A stretch of 64,000 bases of DNA from Hyphomicrobiales bacterium (GCA_041397675.1 JAWKWG010000012.1:2970-66969); one strand, 5' to 3'; positions 53,765 to 63,904 are shown, counted from the first letter of the stretch. Notes: generated from the letters alone by a model not told the origin. Program-made: numbers and translations.

Positions 53765-54582
53765 GTTTCGCGCGCGGCAGCGCCACCATTGGCCTTGGGC
53801 CGTCCGCGCAGCAGCTCGACGACGTCGTTGCGCACCTTCTCCTCGGCATAGCGCGCAAGCGCCTTGCGGTCGGGAAAATCGTCGAGCGGCACGGGCGGCC
53901 CGATGCGAATATTTGCATCGAGCGGACCCAAGCCCAGCAGCTTCCAGGCGTGGCTCGCCATATCCATGTCGCCGTACCAGGCGACTTGCGGCCGGCCGCG
54001 CCGGCCGAGCGGCAGCCCGTAGACCCTGGTGTAGGTGAGCGCCAGCGTCTGTGCCGACACGTTTGATCCCATCGGCTTGCCGCCGGTCGGCTTTGCCGCG
54101 GCGAATAGCGCCGTGCGGAACGGCACCACGGTGTTGCCATCGCTCGACGTACCCTCGGCGAACAAGACGATATGGTCGCCCGCTTCGAGCCGGTTCAGGA
54201 TCTCGTTGGCCTTATCGCCCACCTCACTGCGCCGTTCGCGGTCGACGAACACCGAGCGCTGCAGCTTGGCGAGCCAAGAGACGAATGGCCAGCTCGCCAC
54301 TTCCTGTTTGGCGACGAACGATACGGGGGCGACAGCCGACAACACGGTGATATCGAGCCACGACACATGGTTGGAAATGATGAGCACGCCCTGGCTTTGG
54401 GCGATGGCGCCATCGATGTTGAGACGGACGCCGACGATTCTGCACACCTGGCGGTGATACCAATTCGGGAAGGTCCGCGCATAACGCGAGCCCGTCCAAA
54501 GAAACAGAAGCTGGAGCGGCATCAACGGCACCGTGAAGGCGAAGAACGCCGCCAGCACTAGGAACGCCCGCACGCTTCTCAT
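53761..54582 (-). CDS. olsA: Lysophospholipid acyltransferase (PlsC family; likely OlsA lyso-ornithine lipid acyltransferase)
   Basis: SNHVSWLD, FVAK, VFVDR, FAEGTS, AWYGDM; position downstream of tsaB-rimI-fur. Confidence 0.75.
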   Translation of the reverse strand: MRSVRAFLVLAAFFAFTVPLMPLQLLFLWTGSRYARTFPNWYHRQVCRIVGVRLNIDGAIAQSQGVLIISNHVSWLDITVLSAVAPVSFVAKQEVASWPFVSWLAKLQRSVFVDRERRSEVGDKANEILNRLEAGDHIVLFAEGTSSDGNTVVPFRTALFAAAKPTGGKPMGSNVSAQTLALTYTRVYGLPLGRRGRPQVAWYGDMDMASHAWKLLGLGPLDANIRIGPPVPLDDFPDRKALARYAEEKVRNDVVELLRGRPKANGGAAARET

Positions 54583-54627
54583 GGCACCGCCGTCACCCGG
54601 CCGGCGCCGAGGATGTCAGGTCCGCCA

Positions 54628-54874
54628 TCAATGGCACGTGCGGTGGCCGTAATAGGTGGTGCAGATGCCTTTGAGACCCGGGTTGCCACGCGGTGCTGGG
54701 AGAACCTCCATCCGGCAATCCGTACGAACCTCGTCGAATCCCCACTCGCTCGTGGTGCAGACCTCGTGTGTCACCACGGGGACGAACTCCGGTTGAGACT
54801 GAGGCACGAATGCATGTTCCGCGTTACTGCGCCGCCAACAAGACTGCTAGAGCAAAAATTGCTGATTTTCCCAT
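54628..54874 (-). CDS. Small secreted 4-Cys protein (about 82 aa; one apparent frameshift after the signal peptide); absent from the ORF track
   Basis: AAGGGGG RBS + MGKSAIFALAVLLAA, then in a shifted frame SNAEHA-FVPQSQPEFVPVVTHEVCTTSEWGFDEVRTDCRMEVLPAPRGNPGLKGICTTYYGHRTCH*. Confidence 0.65.
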
Positions 54875-54955
54875 TGCGCCACCCCCTTATCGTTATCCGA
54901 GACGCACACCCACGTTGTCCCGCCGCAAAGGCGGTGTCAAACGGGGACCGAACGG

Positions 54956-55405
54956 CTATTTGCCGCTCTTGATCGGGGTGCCGAACAGTTCCAGCCGGTG
55001 GCCGATCAGACGGTACCCGAGTTCCTGGGCCACGCGCTCCTGAAGACGCTCGATGTCCTCGTTCTTGAACTCGATGACCTCGCCCGTTTTCACGTTGATC
55101 AGATGGTCGTGATGGCCGTGGCCGGCCGGCTCGTAGCGCGCGCGGCCGTCGCCGAAATCGTGACGCTCGACAATGCCGGCGCCCTCCAGCAATCGTACGG
55201 TGCGATACACAGTGGACAGTGAGATCCGCGGGTCCTGTTCGCTCGCCCGCCGGTAAACTTCTTCGACGTCGGGATGGTCGTCGGCAGCCGACAGCACTCG
55301 GGCGATGATCCGGCGCTGCCCGGTCATGCGCATGCCGTTGTCGGCGCAGAGGCGTTCGAGCCTGCTTTCGCGTATCGCTGGTTTTGACATGAATCGTTGG
55401 CTCAT
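54956..55405 (-). CDS. fur: Fur family transcriptional regulator (Fur/Mur)
   Basis: MRMTGQRR, DHPDVEE, ISLSTVYRT, RHDF, HHDHLI. Confidence 0.92.
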   Translation of the reverse strand: MSQRFMSKPAIRESRLERLCADNGMRMTGQRRIIARVLSAADDHPDVEEVYRRASEQDPRISLSTVYRTVRLLEGAGIVERHDFGDGRARYEPAGHGHHDHLINVKTGEVIEFKNEDIERLQERVAQELGYRLIGHRLELFGTPIKSGK

Positions 55406-55889
55406 CCGGCGATTTGCCCATCATCGGAGCCAGAGTCCGAAAGGGCAAGGCTGAAGATCGTGGCGTCTGCTCCGCTCTCGTAATAGCTGGGACGCCGTCC
55501 GACCGGGCGGCGCCAAGCGCGCGATAAAGCTCAAGTGCGGCCTCATTTCCGTCAGCGACTTCAAGAAAGAGATTGCTTGCGCCGCTCGCGCGCAACTGGT
55601 CGATGGCGCGCTGCAACAACGCGCGGCCAACACCCAGTCTTCGGCTCGACGGGACCACGCCGAGTGTCAGAAGCTCCGCCTCTTCGGCGGCGCGGCGGGC
55701 GATCAGAAGTCCCGCAGGCGAAGGTTCGGCCTCGCCGGCAAAACCGACGAGACAGAGCGTGCCCGGGCCGGCGATGAACTGAGCCATGGCTGTCTCGTCC
55801 CAGGGTCGGTCGAAACACACGGCGTGCAACGCCGCCATGAGCCCCGCGTCGGCGGGGGTCGCCGGACTGACCGATACGGCGCTGGGCAT
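55402..55889 (-). CDS. rimI: RimI-like GNAT acetyltransferase, frameshifted near the C-terminus
   Basis: F..PW, EAELLTLGV, RR.GVG, LFLEV..GN..A..LY, YY..GADA. Confidence 0.85.
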
Positions 55890-56569
55890 CAGCGTCTCTC
55901 TAGGATTTGCGTCTGCGGTTTTCGCACAGGCGGCCGTGCGCGGACGCAACATCGTCGATGTTTCTCCCGCATCGAGCGCGAGATCGGCAAGCGCTGCGGC
56001 GTTCGGTTGAAGGTCCGGCAACGCAGAAACGATGCTCCCCGGCCTCGTGGCGGCGTCTGCCAGGAGAGACCCGCCACTTCCGACGGTAAGCTCGCAATCG
56101 TCGGGCAGGAGAGAGGCCGCATCGTCGGGTCCAACAAGACGTGGACCATCGAGTTTGCGTCCCGTCGCATCGTAGAGGCCGAAATAGAGCATGCCGCGCC
56201 GTGCATCGACGGCGACCGCGAACGGTCCATGCGTAGGGCTCAAGACTGTCAACAGCGACGCGCGCCATGACCGTAAGGCTGTCGGTGCCGTAAAGCTTGG
56301 CTTTCGTCACCAGCGCAAGCCCCCGCGCCGCAGCAATGGCGATGCGGACTCCCGTGAAGCTGCCAGGACCTTGCGTCGCAGCGAGTACATCGATGTCGCG
56401 CGGATCGAGCCCAGATTCGGACAACACCTCATGCACCATGGGCATCAGCGCCTCGGCGTGACCGCGCGGCATCTCCGCGTAGCGGGCATGAAGCGTGCGC
56501 ATACCGTCGGCAACGCAGCACCGCGGCGGAGCAAGCGCCCATGCTCGTATCGAGCGCGAGAATGTTCAT
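55890..56569 (-). CDS. tsaB: tRNA t6A biosynthesis protein TsaB, frameshifted
   Basis: MNILALDTS, GHAEALMP, GPGSFTGVRI, DARRG. Confidence 0.92.
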
Positions 56570-56578
56570 GAGAAAGCC

Positions 56579-57169
56579 TTAGAGGATGCGGGCCATCTCG
56601 TCGAAGTCAAAGCGCGGCGAGCGCGGCCTGAGAGCGGACGCATCGCCATAGCCGAGATTGCACAGGAAGTTCGACTTGATGGTGGTGCCGGCGAAGAAGT
56701 CGCGATCGAGGCCGTCATTGTCGAAGCCCGACATGGGTCCGCAATCGAGCCCAAGCGCGCGGGCCGCCATGATCAGATAAGCGCCTTGCAGCGTCCCGTT
56801 GCGAAACGCTGTCTCCTCGATCTTCTTTGGTTTGCCTTCGAACCAGCTCTTGGCGTCGGTGTGGGGAAAGAGCTTGGGCAGGTGCTTATGGAAGTCGAGG
56901 TCGTAGCCGATGATGGCGCACACCGGCGCCTTCATGGTCTTGTCGCGATTGCCTTCGGAGAGATGCGGCTTCAGCTTCTCCTTGGCCTCGCGCGATTTGA
57001 CGAACAGAAATCGCCCTGGACTGCAATTGGCGCTGGTCGGCCCAAGCTTCAAAACATGGACGAGGTGATGCAGCAGATCGTCAGGGACCTCCTGATCGCG
57101 CCACACATTATGCGTGCGCGCCTCGTGGAACAGTTGATCGAGCGAAGACTTTGGCAGCGCTCCCGTCAA
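56579..57169 (-). CDS. RutE/YcdI-like nitroreductase (malonic semialdehyde reductase family)
   Basis: [44 protein letters not shown]; TTG start overlaps the nfu stop. Confidence 0.88.
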   Translation of the reverse strand: MTGALPKSSLDQLFHEARTHNVWRDQEVPDDLLHHLVHVLKLGPTSANCSPGRFLFVKSREAKEKLKPHLSEGNRDKTMKAPVCAIIGYDLDFHKHLPKLFPHTDAKSWFEGKPKKIEETAFRNGTLQGAYLIMAARALGLDCGPMSGFDNDGLDRDFFAGTTIKSNFLCNLGYGDASALRPRSPRFDFDEMARIL

Positions 57170-57723
57170 ACCGGACGGACCTCCTGCACCTCGGGAATGA
57201 AGTGCCGAAGCAGGTTCTCGATGCCGTGACGAAGCGTCGCCGTTGAGCTCGGGCAGCCCGAACAAGCGCCGCGCATGTGCAGGAACACGACGCCGTCGCG
57301 ATAGCCTTGGAAGGTGATGTCGCCACCATCCTGCGCAACGGCCGGGCGCACCCGCGTGTCGAGCAGGTCCTTGATGGTCTTGACCGTCTCCTCGTCCTCG
57401 GGCGCGAAGAATTCCTTGTCGCTTTCCTCCGGCACCGGCTCGCCCTTGGTCATGGCTTCGCCGGACAAGTAGTGCTCCATGATGGCGCCGAGGATCGCGG
57501 GCTTGAGATGTTGCCACTCCCCGTCGCCCTTGGTGACGCTGATGAAGTCGGAGCCGAGGAACACGCCCTTGACGCCGTCGATCTCGAACAAGCGGGCCGC
57601 CAGCGGCGAGTTCTCGCTTTCGGCGCGATCGCGAAACTCCATGGTTCCATCGCCGAGCACCGAGCGGCCGGGTAGGAACTTGAGGGTCGCGGGATTTGGC
57701 GTTGCTTCGGTCTGAATGAACAT
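57166..57723 (-). CDS. nfuA: NfuA/NifU-like Fe-S cluster carrier
   Basis: [32 protein letters not shown]. Confidence 0.92.
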   Translation of the reverse strand: MFIQTEATPNPATLKFLPGRSVLGDGTMEFRDRAESENSPLAARLFEIDGVKGVFLGSDFISVTKGDGEWQHLKPAILGAIMEHYLSGEAMTKGEPVPEESDKEFFAPEDEETVKTIKDLLDTRVRPAVAQDGGDITFQGYRDGVVFLHMRGACSGCPSSTATLRHGIENLLRHFIPEVQEVRPV

Positions 57724-57773
57724 CCGTTTTGCCTTTGAGGCTAACGCGCGAGGCCTGCGAAAGGTCACGCTAG

Positions 57774-57790
57774 ATTAGAATTATTCTACC
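57774..57790. promoter_or_regulatory. Irr iron control element (ICE)-like box upstream of nfuA
   Basis: ATTAGAA-TTA-TTCTACC versus consensus TTTAGAA-N3-TTCTAAA; AT-rich island in GC-rich DNA. Confidence 0.7.
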
Positions 57791-57985
57791 CAGAACTTGA
57801 GCTTCGCATGGCCGAAAGTCAAGGCTAGGAACCGTTCTACCGCGCGCCCTGCCTCTGGCAACAAACCTGACGCCGTGCCCTATGCCAGGGGATGAGGGCG
57901 TTAATTTCCGCTAGGATTTCGGTAAGGACGCTCGACCTTTTTCCGGCCCCACCTCCTTGACTCTTAACCGTTATTCCGTGTCGCC

Positions 57986-59725
57986 GTGATTATCGTCCTT
58001 CAATCTTCGAGGGCGTCCATCAACGTGCAACCGAACTCCGATAGCGAAGCGCCTCCCAACGTCAGCCTGTTGGGACATGTCGTTTCGGTGCACGGCTCCC
58101 AGGCGGGAGTCGGATTTCCCGCGCCATCTCCGCAGCAGCCCGAGGAGGCGCGCGCGACTGTCGGCAAGTTTCTCGGCATCATCTCGGGCAAGGCAATGCT
58201 GGTCGGCATCATCACCGACATTCATGTCAGCTCCCAGCAGGGCAAGCCGATGGCGGCGGCGAAGGTCGATCTCATCGGCGAGATTCGCCAGGCGGCCAGC
58301 GGACGCTTCGATCGGGGCATCTCGCGGTATCCTGCCATCGGCGACCCGGTGATCTTTGTCGGTCCGCGCGAGCTGCAACTGATCTTTCAGCGCTCAGGCG
58401 ACGCGGTCGAAATCGGCCATCTGCAGCAGAACCCCAATGTCGGCGCCTTCGTGAACGTCGGCGATCTAGTGAGCAAGCACTTTGCTGTGCTCGGCACGAC
58501 GGGCGTAGGTAAGTCCTGCGCCGTCACCCTCTTGCTGCGGGAGATCCTGCGCCACCAGCCCGGGCTTCGCGTGTTCGTCCTCGATGTGCACAACGAGTAT
58601 GGCAGGTGCTTTGGTGATCTTGCTCAAGTGCTGAACCCGAGCAACGTACGGCTGCCCTTCTGGCTCTTCAATTTCGATGAGTTCGTCGAGATTCTGTTCG
58701 GCGGACGTCCCGGAGTCGAAGACGAAATCGATATTCTTGCGGAGGTCATCCCGCTCGCCAAGGCAGCCTATTCTCAGGGCGGCGCCTCCGGGCGCGTTCT
58801 GATCAAAACCAGCGACCCGTCCGGCCAGCGCTTCACAGTCGACGTGCCCGTCCCTTACCGCATCGCCGATCTAATCAGCCTGATCGATGGCCGCATGGGC
58901 AAGCTGGAGAACCGCTCGTCGCGCATGAACTATCAACGGCTGATGTCTCGGATCGACACTGCTGTGAACGATCCGCGCTACGCCTTCATGTTCGAGAGCG
59001 CGAACGTCGGCGGCGACTCGATGGCAGAAGTTCTAGGCACGCTTTTCCGCATCCCGGAAGCGGGCAAGCCAGTAACGGTTATGCAGCTCGCCGGCTTCCC
59101 CTCGGAGATCGTCGACGCGGTCGTGTCCGTCACCTCCCGGATGGCATTCGACCTCGGTCTGTGGAGCGACGGCGCGTTTCCGATCCTGGTGGCCTGCGAA
59201 GAGGCGCACCGCTACATGGCGGTTGATCACAGCGTGGGCTTCGCCCCGACCCGCCGGGCGATCTCCCGCATCGCCAAGGAGGGTCGCAAATACGGCGTCT
59301 ATCTCGGACTTGTAACGCAGCGCCCGGCCGAGCTCGATCCGACCATACTCTCTCAGTGCAGCACCCTGTTTGCGATGCGCATGACCAACGAACGCGACCA
59401 GGCCTTGCTCAAATCGGCGGTCGCAGACACGGCAGCCAATCTCCTCGCCTTCTTGCCGTCTCTCAGCACCGGCGAAGCCTTTGCGTTCGGCGAAGGCATG
59501 ATTTTGCCGACGAGGGTGCGGTTCAAGCAGTTGGATGAAGACCATGTGCCGCGCAGCGAGATTGTCACGCCCGGCGAAGCACTCCAGAGCGGCGAGAACC
59601 AAGGTGAGTTGGACACGGCGATCGAGCGGTGGCGCGGCCGCCTCGGCAAGCGGCCGCCAAAATGGGACACCGTCGCCGAACAACTCCGCCCGCCGCCCGC
59701 CGCTGGCGAGCGCCAAGCCGGTTAA
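57986..59725 (+). CDS. HerA/FtsK-superfamily ATPase (DUF87, N-terminal HAS-barrel-like domain)
   Basis: H.AVLGTTGVGKS, LD.HNEY, CEEAH, IAKEGRKYG, TQRP, SQC; start uncertain. Confidence 0.9.
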   Translation: MIIVLQSSRASINVQPNSDSEAPPNVSLLGHVVSVHGSQAGVGFPAPSPQQPEEARATVGKFLGIISGKAMLVGIITDIHVSSQQGKPMAAAKVDLIGEIRQAASGRFDRGISRYPAIGDPVIFVGPRELQLIFQRSGDAVEIGHLQQNPNVGAFVNVGDLVSKHFAVLGTTGVGKSCAVTLLLREILRHQPGLRVFVLDVHNEYGRCFGDLAQVLNPSNVRLPFWLFNFDEFVEILFGGRPGVEDEIDILAEVIPLAKAAYSQGGASGRVLIKTSDPSGQRFTVDVPVPYRIADLISLIDGRMGKLENRSSRMNYQRLMSRIDTAVNDPRYAFMFESANVGGDSMAEVLGTLFRIPEAGKPVTVMQLAGFPSEIVDAVVSVTSRMAFDLGLWSDGAFPILVACEEAHRYMAVDHSVGFAPTRRAISRIAKEGRKYGVYLGLVTQRPAELDPTILSQCSTLFAMRMTNERDQALLKSAVADTAANLLAFLPSLSTGEAFAFGEGMILPTRVRFKQLDEDHVPRSEIVTPGEALQSGENQGELDTAIERWRGRLGKRPPKWDTVAEQLRPPPAAGERQAG

Positions 59726-60291
59726 GCGAGCGCCAGAATTTCCTCAGTGGAGAGGTGGCCGGGCACCACGGTGATCGGCACTGGGAACGAGCCGGCAAAC
59801 TTGCCGCCGGCGAGGCTTGAGACCAGCGGTCCCGGGCCCGAGGGGTCCTTCGAGGCGCCAAGCACGAGCACGCCGATGTCCTCGTCCTCCTCGATGGTCT
59901 TGGTGATCTCCTCGTCTTTGATGCCCTCGCGGACGATCTCCTCGGGCTCGATCTCCTCGAATCCCATGGCTCTCAGCTTACGACCGAACAGGCGGAACAC
60001 CGCCTTGGCCTTGCTCTGACCTTCTTCGCGCGCGACGTCCTCGACACCGAGCCAGTGCATTCCCTCACCCTCCGGCTCGATGACGTAGAGGAGCGCAAGT
60101 CGGCCCTTGGTGCGCTGAGCGCGGCTTGCGGCGAACGCGAGCGCGCTCTCGCATTCAGGCGTCTCGTCAACCACCACCAGGAATTTCCGCTTGTGGCCTT
60201 CCTGATAGATCTGCCGCTTCTTGCGCGGCCGCGGCGTGGACGCAGACGCTTTCTTCTTTGCAGCGGGCTTCGACTTGGCCATGCGGGCCAT
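59722..60291 (-). CDS. Universal stress protein with basic N-terminal extension
   Basis: FLVVVDETPEC, VREG, LVLGA...GPGPLV, PITVVPG; GGAGG RBS. Confidence 0.9.
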   Translation of the reverse strand: MARMAKSKPAAKKKASASTPRPRKKRQIYQEGHKRKFLVVVDETPECESALAFAASRAQRTKGRLALLYVIEPEGEGMHWLGVEDVAREEGQSKAKAVFRLFGRKLRAMGFEEIEPEEIVREGIKDEEITKTIEEDEDIGVLVLGASKDPSGPGPLVSSLAGGKFAGSFPVPITVVPGHLSTEEILALA

Positions 60292-60342
60292 GCTGCCACC
60301 TCCGACGGTTGCCAACAAGCAGGGTTGAACGCCCCTTGTGCG

Positions 60343-60738
60343 TTACGCGAGGTCGATAGCGTAACGCTTGAGGTCTTCGAGAGTCACAACTTCGAGCGTG
60401 GCCTCGTGAGTTGCGCCGAGGATCACGCGCGGCGCTTTGTCGGCCTCCAGCGCCTCGCGCCAGCGAGCGGCGCAGAGACACCAGCGATCGCCGGGCTTGA
60501 GCCCCGGAAACCCGAAATCCGGCATCGGCGTCGACAGGTCGTTGCCGCGCGACTTGGAGAACGCAAGGAACGCCGCCGTCACCTCGACGCACACCGTATG
60601 CAGGCCGACATCCTCTGGCCCCGTATGACAGCAGCCGGTCCGGTAGAAGCCTGTGAGGGGGCGGTCCGAGCAAGCCTTGAGCGGCTCGCCAAAGACGTTC
60701 TTCTGTCCTTCGAAGGGATTCGCCCGCCGCTCTAGCAT
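60343..60738 (-). CDS. DUF2237 family protein
   Basis: NVFGEPL..CS..PLTGFYR.GCC, GNDLSTP, WCLCAARW. Confidence 0.92.
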   Translation of the reverse strand: MLERRANPFEGQKNVFGEPLKACSDRPLTGFYRTGCCHTGPEDVGLHTVCVEVTAAFLAFSKSRGNDLSTPMPDFGFPGLKPGDRWCLCAARWREALEADKAPRVILGATHEATLEVVTLEDLKRYAIDLA

Positions 60739-60785
60739 GTCCCGATTGTGCCCGATGCTCTTGGTGAGGTGAAGCGCTCAGACGC

Positions 60786-61946
60786 CTACCGAACTGGGTT
60801 CCTGTCCGGCATCGGCATGCCAAGTTTGCCGCCGTTCAGCAAGATATCGAGTTGCGCCTGGGTCAATAATGGAATCGGCTGGCCTGCCTCCTTGGTCTCC
60901 AAGGCGGCCACGGCCTCTGGCGGCAACTCGTCTTCGGCAGTCGGAGGCTCGAATCCACCAGCAGTCAGCACCGAGCGGCAATCCTTGGGGAGATCGTAGA
61001 GCTTAATCTGCTTTTTCTTCGGTGGCGGGGCTTTGTGATCAGGATTCGGGTTGGGGTTGGCCGCCGCCTGTTGCGCCGCCCAGATCGCGGACTTCTTCAG
61101 CATGGCGAACCAATTCGCGAGCTCCTTGCCGTCGCATCCGTCATCGCCCGTTACCGGCTTTTGGTTCTCGCATCCTGCCATGCCTGGCGGGCAGGCAAGA
61201 CGAATGTGGAAATGGTAGTGGTGGTTCCACCACGGCCGCACCTTGGCAAGCCAAGAGCGATCCTTGCCCAGGCTGTTAGCTTGGTCGCACAGCGCCTTCT
61301 TGATGGCTGGATGGACGAAGATGCGTGCAACCTGCGGATAGGACGCTGCGCGCTTGATGAGCTTCACCTGCTGAATGGTGAAGACGTTGGGATCGACCGT
61401 GAAGGGATCTTTGAGCATCGTCACGGCGACCATGTTCTCGCGCTCGTCGTCCGTCAGGATGCGGTCCGGCATGGGCGTGAGCCAAATGTCGGCATCGAGC
61501 CCCACCTGGTGACTGGTGTGACCGCCAAGCATTGGACCGCCGCGCGGCTGTGACATGTCGCCGACAAGGAGACCTGGCCAGCCGTCGAACGCACGTGCAT
61601 CGCTGGCTAGCCGCTCGAGATAGTCGACGAGCTGAGGGCTTCCCCAATTGCGGTTGCGCGAGGTGCGCATCACCTGCCAGTCGGGCCCGTTGAGGGGCAG
61701 CGACACACCGCCGGCCAGGCAGCCCTTCGAATAGCTGCCAATGGCGCGCGCCGACAGCGGCGCGGGCTGGTCGCGGCGCCGAACAACTCCCGGCAGGCGG
61801 CGCTGGCGGTGCTTTTCCGGGCGCTGGCTTCGGCTTCTCGGTCGATGCGGCGGCACCGGCTTCGGTCGGGCTTTGGCGACGATCTGCTCAGCCGCCACGC
61901 CCGTGCACAACAACAGCAAGGAGAGGCTCAAAATCAGCCTACGCAT
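60786..61946 (-). CDS. mepA: Penicillin-insensitive murein endopeptidase MepA (short, apparently compensated frameshift near the N-terminus)
   Basis: IGSYSKGCLAG, RNRNWG, GDMSQPRGG, HTSHQVGLDAD, RIFV, HHYHFHIRL.C. Confidence 0.93.
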   Translation of the reverse strand: MRRLILSLSLLLLCTGVAAEQIVAKARPKPVPPHRPRSRSQRPEKHRQRRLPGVVRRRDQPAPLSARAIGSYSKGCLAGGVSLPLNGPDWQVMRTSRNRNWGSPQLVDYLERLASDARAFDGWPGLLVGDMSQPRGGPMLGGHTSHQVGLDADIWLTPMPDRILTDDERENMVAVTMLKDPFTVDPNVFTIQQVKLIKRAASYPQVARIFVHPAIKKALCDQANSLGKDRSWLAKVRPWWNHHYHFHIRLACPPGMAGCENQKPVTGDDGCDGKELANWFAMLKKSAIWAAQQAAANPNPNPDHKAPPPKKKQIKLYDLPKDCRSVLTAGGFEPPTAEDELPPEAVAALETKEAGQPIPLLTQAQLDILLNGGKLGMPMPDRNPVR

Positions 61947-62144
61947 CGGCACCTTACCCGCATGTCCCTCAGGCCTGTTCGGCCCACCACACTATCACAA
62001 TCGGACCCGGCAATTGGAGCGATAGCTTTTTGGGATCAAGGGCGTCCGTTCAGCAGATATTCAGCGGCGAGCCCCTATATCTTGGCCATATTTTGATTCG
62101 AATGGCGGCGGGGCGCGCCGCAAGACCTCAAGGAGGGACTGATC

Positions 62145-62568
62145 ATGAAACGCTATCTAGTTGTGGCGGCGCTGTTCGCTCTGGCTTTTACGCTGCCGGG
62201 CGCAGCCTTTGCCGGGGTGGTGGCCCAGATCAGCCTCTCCAGCCAGCGCATGCACGTCTATGTAAATGGCCAGCCCGCTCACACCTGAAGGTTCTGACAG
62301 GCCCGTCCCGCTATCGCACGCCAACCGAACCTACAAAACCGACAGCGCTCTCCCGCTACTCATCGCTCATCGATCTATGACGGCTCGCCGATGCCCTATT
62401 CAATTTTCTTCTACAAGGGCTATGCGATTCACGGCTCATATGAGACGATATTCCGGCCGGCCCGCATCACACGGCTGGGTGCGGCTACATCCCTCAAATG
62501 CCGCGAAGCTCTACCTGCTGGTGCAGCAATACGGGACCGGCAACACGACCATCAAAATTACGAACTAG
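62145..62568 (+). CDS. L,D-transpeptidase (YkuD), frameshifted
   Basis: Signal peptide, ISLSSQRM.V, MPYSIFF..GYAIHG, GRPASHG.VRL. Confidence 0.85.
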
Positions 62569-62580
62569 GGAGGGGGAACT

Positions 62581-62755
62581 ATGGGTCTTCTGGAAGTGGG
62601 CGCTGATCGCGCTCATTATTTCGCTCATCGCCGGCGCGTTCGGCTATACCGGTCTGGCGCGGGCGGGCCAGTCGCAAGCTGCTGTTCTTCATCTTCCTCG
62701 TCATTTTCATCGTCGTTCTGATCTGGCGATCCTCGGCGGCGAACTCGTATTCTAG
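62581..62755 (+). CDS. DUF1328 small membrane protein, frameshifted
   Basis: LKWALIALIISLIAGAFGYTGLA..KLLFFIFL. Confidence 0.8.
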
Positions 62756-62759
62756 CTAA

Positions 62760-62778
62760 CGCCCGCAAGACGCGGGCG
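62760..62778. terminator. GC hairpin between the convergent DUF1328 and lipase genes
   Basis: CGCCCGC-AAGAC-GCGGGCG; no U-tract. Confidence 0.35.
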
Positions 62779-62798
62779 CCGGCGCGCCCCGGAAGCGG

Positions 62799-63904
62799 TC
62801 ATCCATCCATTTGAGCGCGGTGTTGACGCTGTCGCGCGCCGCAAACGTGTGCGTCACGCCGGGAAGCTCGACGAACATCACCTTTGCACCCTGCTTGCAG
62901 AGCGCATCGCCGAATTGTTTGGTGATCTTGGGCCAAACGGTCGTATCGGCGGTGCCCTGCGCCAGGAATACTGGCGCACCGGCCGGCGCCTCGACCCGGC
63001 GTGTTCTTCAGCATGATCGAACGCCACGGTTTGCCGGTGGGATTGGCTTTGAGGAACTTCTCGTGGGTGAGCGGCTTCTCGGCGTTGTCGAGAGCTTCGA
63101 ACTCGGCCACCGACCTTCGGATGCAGTCTTGGGCCACGCCTTGTAGACGCCCATCGCGTCGGCTTCGACCAAGGTTGAAGCGGGATCGTTATAGAGGTTC
63201 GACCACGAGTAGACCGCCATCGCGGTGAGCTCCTTGCCCTCCGCACTCGATCGTCGGCGTCGAACAGCTCGACGAGATAGGTTGCGGTGCCGCCGCCGCG
63301 ACGCTCCAGCAGCTTGATATCCGGCGCGCAGGACGTGGCGAGCTCGCCCGTATAGAGCGCCGCATGGCCGCCTTGGCTATGGCCCCATACGACAAAGCGG
63401 TTCGATGCGCCTGAATGTGGCAAACGCTGGCTTGCTGCGCACCGAGGTCGAGCACCGCGCGGCCTTCGCTGACGCCGATCAGGTATGGGTGAATGCCGGG
63501 TGTGCCGAGACCCGGATAGTCCGTGGCGACGACGACATACTCCCTGGCCAGCATCGACGGCAGGCCCTGATCATGCCGGCGACGTCGGGCATCAAGGAGG
63601 GCGCGCATTTCTCGACCACGCCCGAGGTGGGGTGCGCCCAGGCGATGACGTTCCGCCCGCCGGCAGGCGGGTTGCCGGGTGGAATGAAGATGGCCCCGGA
63701 CACCTCGATCGGCTGGCCGTTCAAGCCCGTCGACTGGTAGAGGATGCGAAACGCGTCACCGCCGCCGGGCCCGCCGCCCTTGAGCGGCCAAACATTGAGG
63801 ATCGCGCCCGGCTGCTTCGGCGCCGGCTCCATCGTGAATGCTGATGAAGAGCACGAGAGAAGGCCAGCGATTAAAAGCTGCAGGCTAGACTTCAGAACAC
63901 CCAT
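62799..63904 (-). CDS. Secretory lipase (LIP family alpha/beta hydrolase), frameshifted
   Basis: Signal peptide, RILYQST, WAHPTSG..CAPS, ATDYPGLG, WGHSQGG. Confidence 0.88.

Noticed and set aside
54771-56252. Apparent 493-aa TsaB-RimI fusion running over fur
   Set aside because: Product of indels in an error-rich patch; RimI has its own ATG at 55889 and a proper end at 55402 in another frame
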